Assembly: GCA_030141605.1 (NCBI GenBank)
Contig: JAQGDQ010000099.1
Location: 141,194 to 205,193, forward strand
Direction of reading: 5' to 3'
DNA: 64,000 nt
Source of the DNA: Tubiluchus corallicola
Taxonomy: Eukaryota > Animalia > Priapulida
Shown here in pieces: positions 12,039-26,205 of this stretch (position 1 is its first letter; each line of letters starts with the position of its first letter). The translations under genes and the position numbers were made by a program. The notes under the pieces were generated by a model. The model was not told the DNA's origin and did no database searches. It worked only from the letters and a program-made list of their open reading frames with translations.

Positions 12039-14174
12039 CTGGAACAAAGCACTGGTCTGCCATAATTTGATTGCAAACATTGATTATCCCGTAATTCTCT
12101 TCTGGAAAACTAACTCCCAAAACGTGAAGTGCGACTGTCTTAGAAATAGTTTACAAACATTCTCTTAGGCAATAAGTGTTTCATCACTTGAAATACTTAA
12201 AATGAACAGCTGCCACAGTCAGAATAACATTATTAACTATCACACAAACTTCTGAAGACAGATACTAGGAAAATTAAAGCTATGCTTTGTGTCAGTGGGA
12301 CTGTCCACATAAATACTTTACAGAGCTTGTCAAGAACATTTTAATATAGCATTTCAAGAGATGAAACAGTTAAGTTTCTTTTATCATAACGCACTGTAGC
12401 ACTAATCTGGCACAGATTACTGTAAAGTATGTATCGTATAACTAAGCCATTAGTTCCGTAATACATATAGCTAAGCTATGTGACAAAATTATAACTAAAT
12501 TGTCTATTTGACGACAAATATAGCTAAGCTGTAAGATAAAATTATAGCTGTTGTCTATTTCATGATACTAAACTATGTGGTAAAATAGTATCTCTTTACT
12601 GTGGTTTATGAAAAACACAACTTTATGAAATGTTCATGGTTTTCAAGTAAATTTAGAATAAGAAAATAACTCAGAAACAAGAAGTGTCCCAATAAAATTA
12701 TCATTAGACTTGACCATTTCCTTTGACAACAGAGTCTAATAAATCAGACTTTGCACAGAATATTTCCGCAACGAAATTATCGGGCTGTAAAACGTGGCAA
12801 TCAGAACAGCTGAGCATTAGAGATAAGTTGAAAAACAGCCTAGCTAGAGCAGATACATCAGCAAAAACAGCCCCCCACTGAAATCCAAAACCACATTACA
12901 CATAAAGTAAAGCGGTTACGGCACATGTTGGTATTTATAGTGTGGGCGTAAAAAACAACAAATAAACAAGGTCTCCTTCATGCTGAAGCGTAGCTGGCAA
13001 AATGTCGAACATTCCCCCAGGGAACCCCCCTACCGCAAGACACGTCCAATTAGGAGTTGACATTCAAGGATTTTTCCGTGGGATTTTTTGACATTAGGAT
13101 TTTCGTCACGAGGATTAATGGCTACCGTCGTCGGCATTTAACGTGTCTGAGAAAATGAAATCCGCTGCACGGCTATTATCCGGCAACGGCGGAAAACGCA
13201 AGCAGATTTAGCAACTATTTTCAATGGCAGAATTTACAGCATGAAAGATTAGTTGGCGATTCTGCGAAAATGTGTATGTGAAATTTTACCAGTAAATTTT
13301 TCTGCTAGTGGACGCATGGATACATCACTTTTACAATTGTCAGGGAAATCAACTGCAGCATAATTCAATTATACGACCAAGAATCAGAAAATAATAGAAG
13401 ATTTAAAAAATTTATTAACGTAAAATCTAAAACAGCAATTTCTTAGAAAATAGAAGCGTTTACTAACCAAACATGCAACAAGGAACTTCAATTAGATAAG
13501 CAAACAAAATTTGGAACTATGAAACCTTCAAAAAACACAGTTTTCGATATCCCCTTAATAATATATGTAGCATAAGCTGCAGGCTACGAGCATATTAGCA
13601 GACTATTGATTGACTGTTTCGTTAAACAACACAATTTATTTTTTCACAACTCTGGGCACAGAATGTTTTTAGAACTTAGAAAACACAGTGCTGAAACTAG
13701 CACAACCATATAAGCATCCCTAGTACAGTGTCTTACATTACTAGACCAGGTTTACATAAGGAGTAAGCGGCTCAAATCTAATTTGCAAACCATGCATATT
13801 GTGTAATTGCAAAGTGAAAAGACAAAAGGTGAAGGTGCTTTCCTTTTAGAATGCAAAAACATCATTTTCCTCCTAAAGGTTTCTAATAGCTGGTCTGAAT
13901 AAGAGTCTATTTCGTTATCAAAGGCATACAAGCAGAACAATTTAATTTGAAACAGCATTTCAAATGTTTTCACAATTTATACTTTGAAACGCTTGCGCTA
14001 GACTATAGGCTCCAGCAGAGGAGTGCTCTAAATGTCACTCATAAAATGAAAATGTTTATAAACTAAACTGAAACCAGCTTCAAATAGATTACATAAATGC
14101 CAATACATTTAATGTGGTAGCTCTAATCATTACGCCATGTTTTCACGAATCATTGCTACTTGCAACAACAAGGT

Positions 14175-14650
14175 GACCTGAATGAGAGGCTTATTGAATG
14201 ATGTTTAGGGCTGTTCTGCAATAAAAAACATGAGCTAAGTAAAAAACTGATGATATATGGTGCTAAAAAACCACCTGAATCAAAGCCTCACTGATGTTTA
14301 GTGCTGTTTTGCAATAAGAAAACAGGAAATGAATCAAAAACTGGTGATATATGGTGCTGAAAAGTGGCCTTCATCGCTGATATTTAACCTCAGAACTGTA
14401 CAGCATTTACCGAGTGTTAGCGTTATGGAGGTGCATGTAACAATGTTTTGCAATAAAAAACATGACTCGAATCACAAAGTTACTGATATCTGGTACCATT
14501 TATCAGTAAAAATAACACGCTTGTACACATTTCATGCTATTGTGCATTAAAAAATCTGACATAAATCAAAGACTTACTGACATTCAATATCACATTTTCG
14601 AAACAAAAAACTGACCTGAATTAAAACCTTACTGAAAGTTAAAGCTACTT
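14175..14650. repeat. Degenerate tandem minisatellite
   Basis: Recurring GACCTGAATCAAAG..TTACTGA and TTTTGCAATAAAAAACATGA units. Confidence 0.55.
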
Positions 14651-15232
14651 CACAGCAAAAACTCTGAGTGTTTCACTGACAAGCATTGTAAAAACAGCTC
14701 TCTAAACAGCAAACTTACATTGGCGTTGAGTTCCTATTTACAAAACACACGGACAGATTTATGCTACAAAACCAAAAACATTTCACTTACGAAACCATGT
14801 GCTTTTGTTTCAGTTTACTGTAACCTAGTTCAGCAGGGTTAAGGAGAGGTCACTAGACAGTACAGGGATGGCCAAATTTTTTTCCACTTTTACTTGAAAA
14901 CAAAAACTTTACTTAACAAAACACCTAGATTTTGTACTTTTCGTTAAGTTTGATATGTTAAGTTCATAGTAGTGCATAATAACTAATGTTCAGCAGTTAT
15001 CATGAACAAAATTTTCGTTCACAAATGGTTGCACAGTTATAGGTCTACATAAGGCAGCAGAAGCCAGATAGTTGTTGTAGGTTAGATAGTAACACAAAAT
15101 TGTTGTCCAACAATTTCTATTTAATTTCAGTTCAGGAAATCAATCTTGCATTGCAAAAATTCTGAGAGTGCTCATTGTGTAGTGGAAACTAGAAAAATGA
15201 CCGTAAAACTGAGTAGCTGCTACTACTGAAGG

Positions 15233-16422
15233 CAGGCCCAAGGAGGGAGGTGCAGCCGATTCATTGCTCCATGAAGTCCCAGAGCCCGAAAATATAACTT
15301 TATACATAAATAAAAGCCAGAGAAGCCCCTTTATTTAGCAGAAAATGAACTGGGATGTATTATGGTTTACTGTGAATAAACATATTTCGGTTATTGAAGC
15401 TTAATAACTCCTAAGTCTTGCAAGCTAAGGTCACTAAACTCGCAGGGTTGGTAGCCCTTGTTGGGGCACGTACAACAGTGTGGTGACCACTGACCACTGG
15501 TCAAGGGGGAAGGGCAGTGGGCATCGGTCACTTTTTCCTTTAGGTCGCAACTCCTCCAAGGACTTTCGATTTTTTCCAATTTTTTTTTACAAGTATTTTG
15601 GTACTGTGGGGCAGGTGTGCATCTGCAGTTTTAAAAAGCTGGTAAGTTTTAAATGCCTGAGGAAGGGGCCAAAATGCAAAATTTGGATCCCCAATGGTGA
15701 CCTTTTACATGCTGAGACCTAGGGACACAAAACTCACAGGTTACACTCATTGGGCAAAGTTATATATGTATACAGGAGACCTTGCCCCACTGGTTGATCT
15801 CTGACCCCAGTAGGGGGCAAAAACTAAAAAATGGGGGTCGGGAACAGAAATGCGTCGAGTGTCCATGAATGGTACTATGTAGCATATCAAATGAAAGGCC
15901 TTGATGAGGTGAATCGAATGGTATAGGTTACACTGTAAATCATCAACCTGTGACCCAGTTATGCACAAAACAGGTGTCGAGGAGACAAATACCTTCTAGT
16001 GTCGACTGGAACTAACTTGTTATACATTAAATGAAAGGTCTCAGTGAAGCAAACTAAATGATATAAGTTCATGCCGAGATTGGTTGCCCTTTGAAACAAG
16101 GGTGATCGGTTGAACAGTTAAATGCTGAGGTTTCATTGAGAAATGCACTGCCTATGTATTTAAGCAAAGTGAAAATAATAACTTTCAAACTTCAAACAAA
16201 GGCTGTCATCTCTTCATTTTTAAGGCTCAATTTTATAACTATTGTTTGCAAAATTATCAGTTTCTGACCACATCAGAAACATTGTCAACTGGTTAAGAAA
16301 TAAAGATTATTGAACATAAGTTATTGTATTGTGGTTTTTAGTCTTCATGCCTTTGTACAGATGAGGGTGGGGGCTCAAAATTTATCTTGCTACAGCACAT
16401 AAAAATTCTCTCAGTGGCCCCG
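15233..16422. mobile_element. Degenerate hAT-like element, probably with a nested insertion (about 15400-16100)
   Basis: CAGGCCC... / ...GGCCCCG ends; near-perfect 8-bp TSD ACTGAAGG / GCTGAAGG. Confidence 0.5.
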
Positions 16423-19400
16423 GCTGAAGGTATGGTTTCTTATGAAGGGTAGTCCTCGTGAGAATTTTTCATATAAAGGTATATATTTCTCCAAAAAATT
16501 CTTTAATAAAAGTAACAAACAGCAGATATTCACTGCAGTAACTGATTTTGTGTGAGTGATCAACAAAAAAGGGACACAGTAGAGAGACAAAAAAACTGAC
16601 AACATATTTTAACTATAAACTATATAAGTTTCCCTGGGAATTAAAATTCTCCAAAGCTGCTGCCTCTCCAGTAAAGAGAAGTACAATGCTCAACTGCTCA
16701 TTGGTCGGTAAATTGCAGCACATCATAAAGGATTAGTAGTAGTGACACCCATATTTGCAGCAACAATCTCATGAGAGAGAACTTGAGATGATTATTTACG
16801 ATTAGAGATCAGAGAAATGTCTTCAAGCCTATTTCATTCTCTTGTGGAAATAGTTAGGTCAAACTCAGTAAGTCAAAAAATAGAGGGCGCCAAAACACAA
16901 AAACCATAAGTATTTGCTAATAATAAACAAATGGGTTCACAAACGGGTTATCAGAAACTTGAAAGGCATATTAAGGACACACAGGAAGTCTGGGACAGCC
17001 TGGAACTGCACTGGAAATGAACATTTTTTTGGAAAAGTCGAGAAATTTGTGCTACACAATAAATAAATATAAAAATATACTAGTAACTAGTTTATTAATT
17101 TCTAGAGATGTGCCATTTTTGTTAAATAATTGCATCGTCCACCATTCTGGAGGCCCCAACTTGTTGCAAAATTGTGCACAGCGTTGTGGTGAAGCGATTC
17201 AGGTCATTAAGAAGTCAGTGTGCCCAATTTCTTGACATTCATAACATTCGAAACGAAGCTGGTGGCCATTTTTGATCTACAGGACTAGCGCTTGATTGTC
17301 TTTAATGCAATTTCACATATTGTTTGTCAAAACTGCACCCAGGGTGGGATTTGAAGCCAAAAAATCATCACGATTTAAGATGGTAAAACACATGAACAGT
17401 CGAACATGAACCCAATGGTTAATGTTGGCGTCTCTCACATGTAGCCCCACACCCATCCCGATCACTGGCCGATCTAAGCCGCCTGAATTAATTCATAAGT
17501 TCATAAGCTGAATTTCATAAAGTGTTTTATCTAGATAAACTGTCGCTTTATCTAGAGACAACCATTCAAGTATGACTGCATATATTGCTGAAACAGTACC
17601 ATTTGTAAAACTGATTGCAAAACTCGTAACCTTAGCTCTCCTAAACTTTTTAATGCCGAGAGTGACGCAGATAGCTGTATATTTAAAGCCTTATCAATAC
17701 CAAATAAATACTCAAGTTTGTCGATATTTGGTAAAAATAGGCTATTCATGTCTACTGCAGCATGTGAAAGAATTGGATTTTACACAGATTTATATAAATT
17801 AGCAAATGAACTTTACTGGTCTTACCAATCTAACGAATGATTGCTGGTTTTACAACAGATAAAATTTATGAAACGTTACTAACCCTGTTGACTGAATAAT
17901 TTGTAAATATGGATTTGCAATGTGTTTGTAAATACTTGTGTGTTGTTACTTCCTGATAAATGTTTTATTACTAATTTTGATTGCACAATGTAAGATATGC
18001 AAATAAAATAATACATTAATATAATTCCTTCTACACGTGCGAAACTGCGAGCCAAACCAACCCTTATCAGTATCTGACAAAGAAAACATTCAATTAATAA
18101 AGGAAACCTTGTTTGTTTTTTGTAGTCTAGGCAACCGTCCTTGTTAGCGGCGAAAAAATGTGCAACATCCACGAGGAAGCCAACCGATAAAAATATCTGG
18201 CAATTCAAAGCCTCAACAAAAACAAGCTTTCAAACTGTCATTCACCTAGTGCAAACACAGTGGTCTAAAGCACAACTTAAAGATTGCTCGAATTGTTGCG
18301 ATGCATTGGACAATGGCATTGACTGGAATGTTCCTTGCTAAAAACGTCATACAGATGCCGAACAGATACTTAAGTCCACTCGGAATAAATTATGAACAAG
18401 GGGCAGAGCACGTAGCACCGCATCGCATAACCATAAAACAAGATAGTTAGTGACTTTTCTATGATCTACGAGATAATAAAATATGATATGTCCTTTTTAA
18501 CAGCTTTAAAACTGCACTCAACTTAAATTGATTAAATTCAGTGCATTCAATACTACAAATGATAAGAGCTCTAAAACCATAAAGAAGTTTTTGATCATGA
18601 ATCTATCGCAAATAGAGCACACTGGTGAATCATGCACAGTATCTAATATTAGCATAACTAGCCAACCAAAAAGTCAAAGTTCTCAAGCCGTCACAGATGG
18701 TTTTACTTTGAACAAATGTCAACTGATAAAAGAGAGTTTATTTTCGCAAAATTTTGACGCAAATTACCAACATAAATCAATCAATCAGGAATAAACGAAC
18801 AAATAATGCACGTAATGGGTGTCCTAAAAAATTTCTACGTATTTTTAGTTAATAGGTGACGAAAATATATTTCCACAAGGAAAGCCTGGACACTAAATGC
18901 CCAAAAAATAAGTTTAAAATTCCCAACAAGCAGCAAGTTTGGAATCTGCTATTTGTTGAAAACAAATTCGAATTTTCCATTTGAATTCGAGACACGCACA
19001 AAACGATAAATATTCACAGGGCGGGCGTCACTGAAACAGCCATTCCACTGCGGCAGTCGACATACTAAATGATCAATACAAGTCGTCGTTTAAAGGAAAA
19101 ATATCTGAAAATACCTGCTTAGCAGTTACGGCTAAAGGAAATAACAAATTTACTGCTTCCAGCAACATCAATAGCAACATTGAAGACTTGAAGAATATAA
19201 CATGTCATCCGACAAAGAAGTAACCAGATCCGGAGATGCGAATTTTTACTTACAATGTTTACTTAATACGTGACATTCTAACAATGTAATTTTTCATAAA
19301 ACATTTTTCTGCTCAAAAAGATAGAAACTTAAAGACAATGAACAGGATTTTACCTCCAACATGCTTGTTTAAGTTCCTTGTGTTTTTTTATAATTACTTT

Positions 19401-20874
19401 CTGGTGCAAAATCTTATATATCATATATCTAAAAAAGTAAGGTGAAATACGAGTTATAATTGGTTTTGTATAATTAATTAATTAAATTGCAGTCGGGTGG
19501 TAAAGTTGAATGTTGTAAGTCACATAGGTCGTAAGTCAACGACTACCTGTAACATTTAGGTATTATGTATAAAATTTCTAATTACTGAAGCTATATAACC
19601 GATCACACGTACAAAGTATCTTTCCGATCACACGTACAAAGTATCTTTCGCTAGTTAAACATGACTGCATGACTGTTGCAAAAACTGTAATTCTGTTGGC
19701 ATCCTTGGAGGTGACTTTGGAGATGTCCATTGAGCAAATTTTCACACTTTTATTATAATAACAGTTGTAACTGCAATAACTGAGTTTCTAATGAAACAAG
19801 ACATTTAGAAAAAATGGATAAAACTGATCATAGAACCTTACCAAAGGTGATATTAATAGTATTAAATATATGCAGTAAACGTGAAATGTAGTAAAATGTG
19901 TCAAATACTAACAGTGGTAAACGGAGTGAGTATCATTTAGTCACAGTGTTATTGTGTCTTTTCACTGTTTTTGTTTTTCGTTGTTTTGTACTTCAAAACT
20001 GTCTTTTGTTAACTGTTGGCTAAAATATCTCTAAAAACTACTTTTATAAAAAAATAGACGCAAACTTGGTTAAGTGGCTTTCACGCGGGAAAAGAAGCAA
20101 AATAGAAATTGAGAAAAAATTATCAGCTATTTCATTAATTATTACCTTTTGTTGAGCCAAATATCCTTTCAGATCAACATAAGCGTGCATCAAGTTTATC
20201 TCAGACAAAATAAATTTAACAATTTACAAGTTCCTTGGTTAGCTGAGTTTAACCCTGATTGCCTTCCAAAAAAAATTAAAATCCGTATTTGAGTCTCAAA
20301 ATTCATAATGTCATTCTATTTCCTTCTATGAACGTTCTACAGAGGTTCTCAACCCCCCCCCCCCCAAGTGAAAATATTTTACAACTTGCAACGGACAGTC
20401 AACTCAGGAAATGTAAGCAGATTTTTCCAAGTTTTTAACGTAATTAGAACTAACATAAAGCGGAAACTTAAACGCTGACAACCTGATTAACACTGCCCAT
20501 CAATCATACCAGAAGAAGACGTTAATTTCTCAAAGCGATCGTTAAAGACAATAATTTTCCATTACCCGTTACAAGTACTGTTATGCTGAAAGTGAAACGT
20601 GCTTCAAACTAAGAAAACTTACAATGCCATAATGTGAAAAGTACTAAAATTATAAAAAAAACATGTTTTTCCTGAATTCATCAAGTGAGATAAGGGTTTT
20701 AAAAACAAATTCTGAAACAAATGAAAAGGGCTTACGAGAAGGTGAGGACCATAATTTGGGCAAATTGTTTTGAAGCAGCACCCAACTAATTTTAGCTACA
20801 CTGTTTCTCAGGTATGAAAACTTCTCGTTACCATGTAATACCATACATGACATGCTCTACAGTGAACATCAAGC

Positions 20875-21420
20875 CTAAACATTTGTCACTATTTCATGAC
20901 AGGTTTGCCAGGCACCTGTGAGGGCCATGAAGGATGAACCCTTTATCACCGTATTGTGAGATATGTGAGACCATACTGAGAGTATAATATTGAGTATAAG
21001 CAAACACTTATTAACACGCACCATAAGAGCGGTGAGATCATGTTTAGCACATGTGAAGTGTGAACCTGTATCATCACCACGTGAGATATGTGAAACCATG
21101 TGTAGTGAGTATTACGTGTAAAAATGTATTACTTTTCTTATAAAGATCGAGTGAGTACTGCGAGGCAATGTATTGAGTGTATAGAGATTATATTTAGCAA
21201 GTGAAGCATAATTAGCACCATGTGAGATATGTGAGGCCATGTCTAGTAAAGGTAAATGCGAAAATTCATCATCTTTCGTATGACACTCTGTCACGACGCT
21301 GTGAGATGTGTGGAAATACAAAGTGTGATGAATTATCATCATTGTGTGATAACTCGCATTTAAATGTTCGTCTCACATGCGTGAACAATTACGTGAGATG
21401 TGTTAAACAATGTATAGGAC
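20875..21420. repeat. Internally repetitive element (CATGTGAGATATGTG units), probably a DNA transposon remnant
   Basis: At least five copies of a GTGAGATRTGT-type unit; short TIR-like CTCTACAGTG / CACTGTGGAG nearby. Confidence 0.5.
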
Positions 21421-23130
21421 GTATAAACACTCATCAAATTACTGTACCGGAGTATACAGACACGGTTAACCACTGTGGAGTACACAAAGTAAAAATGAAA
21501 AACTGAACATTTGGAAGAAGCATGTTCCAAACTCATTTTGTTGTTGTTCTGTTACCGATATTAATTTCACAATGACAGACATCTACAGACATTTTTTATT
21601 TATCTCTTCAAATAGACAATTACAAGGAATAAACTTTAATTACGTACATGCCTAAATTACATGCAAAAGCAGTTTAAACATAGTGATGTCAAAAAGTATC
21701 GTGGGATGTAATGACGATGATAAACCAGCACAGTGGATTAATTAGTCTCTGATGGATTTGCTGAGACAAGACGCTGAACTTCATTACACAATGTTATTAC
21801 ATTATCACCTTACACGTTATGCCTACAACGATCTAGACGCTCTATAAGTCCTAATAAATATTATGGATTTTCCTCCCGATGATAGCATTTCATTACTCCA
21901 CCGAGGAGAAAATCATATGCCTACAGCTAGTTTACCCGTCCACTGAGTATTGATCTGAGAGATTCAAGTCAGTTAACAGGGCAAGATATCTATGCAGCAG
22001 CCTAACTGCACTGACGGGCACCAGGGATAGGAAAATCGCAGAAAGTTCAAATGATAAAATAAATATAATTAATTATTTTTAAAAACAAAAATTAACAGCA
22101 GAACAACTTTTCCCTAATAGCTAAATTATTTCACTTTTCAATTTATCAGTTATTTGGTTGGTTAGCTGGTCACTTAGTTTGTCGATTAGTTAAGCCAGAA
22201 GGCTAACCCCTCAGCAAAATGAGACAAATCTGGCAAGTTTCTGGCGAAGCAAGTTTCTGCTGCATATTTAATAAATAACTGAATGCTTGTCTTTTACAAT
22301 GTGATACAAACAACAGCTAGAATTGATTCACTGCTGTTTTCAATTTTTAAATACAAGTGTAAAAAACAAAAAATCAGACAGCTCCACAAGAATAACTGAA
22401 TAATCACCCAGAAAAACCTTATCAAGATCAAATGCCAAAGTCAAGCGCGATTAAAAGCGAAGCCATTTCTAAAAATCATCAACATTTTTCATCTCACAAG
22501 CTTGAGTAAAAATCAATGTTGGAAAATCTTCCGAGCAGCGTCACAGAAAGCTAAGTGGATCAGAACAGCTATGTAATTTACGATATCGCTGCCTCGCTGA
22601 CAGAGCAAAAACGATATTTATCACAACTCTCTGAGAGGAAGTGATAACAAATAAATTTGTTCGGATTATTTGCATTACTCAACTGTGCATGCATGTAGTA
22701 AATTTCAATTTACACACTCAAAAAACTCCAAATAAACTCTACTCAACCTGCCCGTCATTACAGCGCACTACCAATAAGTAATTAGTCTGCTAGCTAGCTA
22801 GTTCCACTCTTTCCTGGTTCAGCTAAATTAAGCAATGTTGTTTCCGAAGAGTAAACAGGCCTACTTAGCAGTGGATTAATTAATTGTGTAACCTCGTTCT
22901 TGAAACCTTAACTGCAGAAGAGCTGCAAGCAAGGAACTTCAAATTCTGATACATTCCTCAATCCAATTGTGGACTGTGGAGGTTAGATCAATTTTTATTT
23001 AAATTCTAATAAAAACCTTACGTTTGTTTTGCCTGTAAAGGGCAAAATAAGTGTGCAAATTGATCAAGAGATCAATGGTCAATAAAATTTAATTTAAGCC
23101 AACAAACAATTTTATTTGGGAACTACTTAC

Positions 23131-23255
23131 CGATGCAGTTATTAGGATCTAAGTTCTCTGCCAAGAAATTAGAGCAAGCAAAGTGAGCCGGTTTCATCTT
23201 CAATTTTCTCGCCGTCTTGTAAACTGTCTTCACGTCATCGGCGGCAACCTCCAAC
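23131..23255 (-). CDS. IVNS1ABP: IVNS1ABP coding exon 4 (end of BTB)
   Basis: LEVAADDVKTVYKTARKLKMKPAHFACSNFLAENLDPNNCI; GTAAGT donor. Confidence 0.92.
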
Positions 23256-24934
23256 CTAACCAAAAACAAGTTTTGAGCTTAATAATTAGAAATCTTGCAG
23301 TCTTACAGACCCTGGAAGTCACAACAGAATAAGCCTTTTAACCGTTCCAGCAATCGATGATAAACGTGAAAACGTCAAAGGTTAAGTGAACCAGACAAGC
23401 ATTTGTGTACACTTTACAACGCCTCGCAGCCCATGCTATTGTAATAATAAGAGATTTAACAGCTAGGCAGAACCTTACCTAACCTTACCTAATTCATTTA
23501 TTCTTGTTCCCAATTAAGTCAAGTACATGTAAAACAACTGAAGTTTTTGAACTGATGCAGCAGACGGCTTTGCTTTACACACACGTCGCGTGACATTTGT
23601 AGTTAAGACACGTTGCTGTGGTATACATAACTTCTGATCTACAGCAACTGAACATGCTCACAACGAAACCGCGAAAAGGTTTATTTTTTAAAAATAAATT
23701 CCAAAATGAGAACTTTACCCACGCATAATATGTTAACATACAGTGACATAGACAAAGGAAAAGTAAAACATATTTAACAGTCGCCAAAGGAAATGACTAT
23801 ATGACACTCCTTTTACTTCCTTGCCTTCCCCTAAATAAAATGTGTATAGCACACCAAAGACAGAAGACAGAAGTCTTAATGTTTACGATTATACTTATTT
23901 AAAAAAATATGCATTATTATCGAAGTCCAGTTATCTTTTCACTTTCTTTATTACGCACATAAAATTTGTTTAAAATGTACCAAAGGAATTTATAATTAAG
24001 ACTATTAACTTAAAAAGGAAAAAAACACTGACAATAATAGCCAGATGCAATTTTTGAAGCATTATAGATATAGATCCAATCAATTAGCAATGCAAAAACT
24101 AGACACATTTAAATCATATATGTTATTATTCTGACAATTTTACAGCATTCCTATTAATTATGAAATCTAGAATTTGTAAGCCACAAAAAACCATTCCAAT
24201 CAAAACTGTATAGGCAACACAAAAAATACGTGTATTGTATTACGTCAAATTATTGTATTAAATACGTCAAAAAACCAACAAAACATCTGACAAGCCACAA
24301 ACCAGAAAAATCATGTACATTAAAGGGCAAGAAAACACTCTTCACAAATAAAACTTAAAAGTCATCTTGAAATTTTGTATCACTTACTGTCTTACTGCAT
24401 ACAAGACTTGTGTTAGCAGTTAAACGCTGTATAAAATTTGAAATTTAAACTCACGCGATGGTGTTAAGTCGTTTGAAACAAGTTTAAAGTTTGAAAAAAC
24501 AATCAGAGCACTCGTAGCACACTCTTCACTAACTAAAAAGAACAAAAATTACTTTGTCTTGTCAATAACATCAATAATGTCTTTTTGGTGCACCAGTGGT
24601 GCAAACTGGCACGGTGATACAGTGATGTTTTACAAGTTAATGAGAACATTTTAAGAATTTTATTTTTTGGTTACACAAGTTTTTCAAACAGGTAAACGTA
24701 ATGTTAAGTAATACAACTTTATATGGAAAGTTTTTGTGATACACTTTAAAATATCCCTTTTCTTTCCCATTAAGAAAAGCGAACATTTTGCACACAAAGT
24801 TTCCTCATTTTATAACAGGCATTAGGAAAAAGCTGGCGAAACATCTCCTTGGAGTTTACATTAAAACACAAGTGCACCAAAGCATCTTCTCTTGTGTTTG
24901 TGTTCGGTAAGTGAAATAAATCTCTTTCACTTAC

Positions 24935-25101
24935 CTCCCAGTGTATGCATAGTTAAGCAGCTTTTCAAAAGCCGAGAAGTCGAATCCCTCGAGGAGGTAA
25001 TGTCCGTCGCTCGGCTTATTCGTGTCGCAAAACAACTCAAAGAAATAATGGCTGGTACAAGCCAACACGGCGCGGTGTGCGTGTAACTCGTGTGAACCAA
25101 C
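24935..25101 (-). CDS. IVNS1ABP: IVNS1ABP coding exon 3 (BTB)
   Basis: VGSHELHAHRAVLACTSHYFFELF...FEKLLNYAYTG; CTACAG / GTAAGT. Confidence 0.93.
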
Positions 25102-25133
25102 CTGTAGACGAACACAGAAGCTCCTTTTTAATC

Positions 25134-25220
25134 AGATCAAGCAGTGTAGATTACGCAGTGCAGTTTAAGCACTATAGCTTACGCAGTGTAGATTAACCAG
25201 TGAAGATCAAGCAGTGTACA
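25134..25220. repeat. 14-bp tandem repeat, about 6 copies
   Basis: AGATCAAGCAGTGT-like units. Confidence 0.7.
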
Positions 25221-25291
25221 GCCAAATCTAGGCGTCTTGTAAAAAAGACTAATGCTGTGACAGTCTAGCTAAGAACACGAATGCTCGGGAT

Positions 25292-25753
25292 CAGGGGCGC
25301 AGGGAAGAATTTTCTGGAATCATCGCTTTATTTGACAGACCAGCCTTCTGCGTTTTTGAAATGAGTGTACTGAGTATGAGTATGAGTATGAGTATGAGTA
25401 TACATGTATGAGCATTCTTAATGCATTGATATACATTTTAATTTTGCATTTAAAATCAAAACACAGGGAAGGCACAGCTTCAAAGGAAGCGCATAATTGT
25501 TATTTTGTATTTAAAAGTAGACAATCTAGCCAATGAGTTGCATAAATGCACGCTCATTTCTAAAACACGGAAGGCAGAAGGCAGATCGGTCAAATAATGT
25601 GATGACTCCAGAAAATTCTTCCCAAGGCCATGCGATTAAAAAAATAAAAAAAGATTCAACTTTTATGCTACAAATGTACTAAAGAGTTAAAACTATGTTG
25701 AAAAGGCTCGGGGAGCAGTTGTTCGGCCTGCTCCCCCATTAGCTACGCCAGTA
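25292..25753. mobile_element. hAT MITE with a nested long-TIR MITE (25302-25623)
   Basis: Outer CAGGGGCGCA / TAGCTACGCCAGTA with TSD CTCGGGAT / CTTGGGAT. Inner imperfect TIRs of about 65 bp starting GGGAAGAATTTTCTGGA, containing (TGAGTA)n. Confidence 0.75.
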
Positions 25754-26205
25754 CTTGGGATTCAAATTATTAGAATCACTTTTCAAAATGTGCTCTCTTA
25801 AAACGTCCATTAAAGCAGCAGTGTGACAGTTTGAGCTAGCAACCGTTTGTTAATTTCACTCCCACGAGTGCAGTTCATGCACGTGCTGCTATCAGCACTT
25901 AGGGTTTTGCCTTAACATCAGAAGGAAAATAATTTTTGCAGCCTTAAGAGCACAAGTCAATTTAATACACAAAAAGGCAATGTTATACATACAATTAAAA
26001 ATACAAAGTTATGCAAGGTGTGTTTTGTCTTTGCTGCAACTACCAAAGGACAATACATTCATCGTTGATACCATGCATTTTCCTTTCTTACAGTTTTATT
26101 CTAAGTGATCCACTACTTTACCACAGGGCTTTTTTAATAAAAAATTATTAAAAAAAAACCTAGCAACGGTTTCCAAGGTCTTTCCAGGATCAGCACCACA
26201 CTTAC

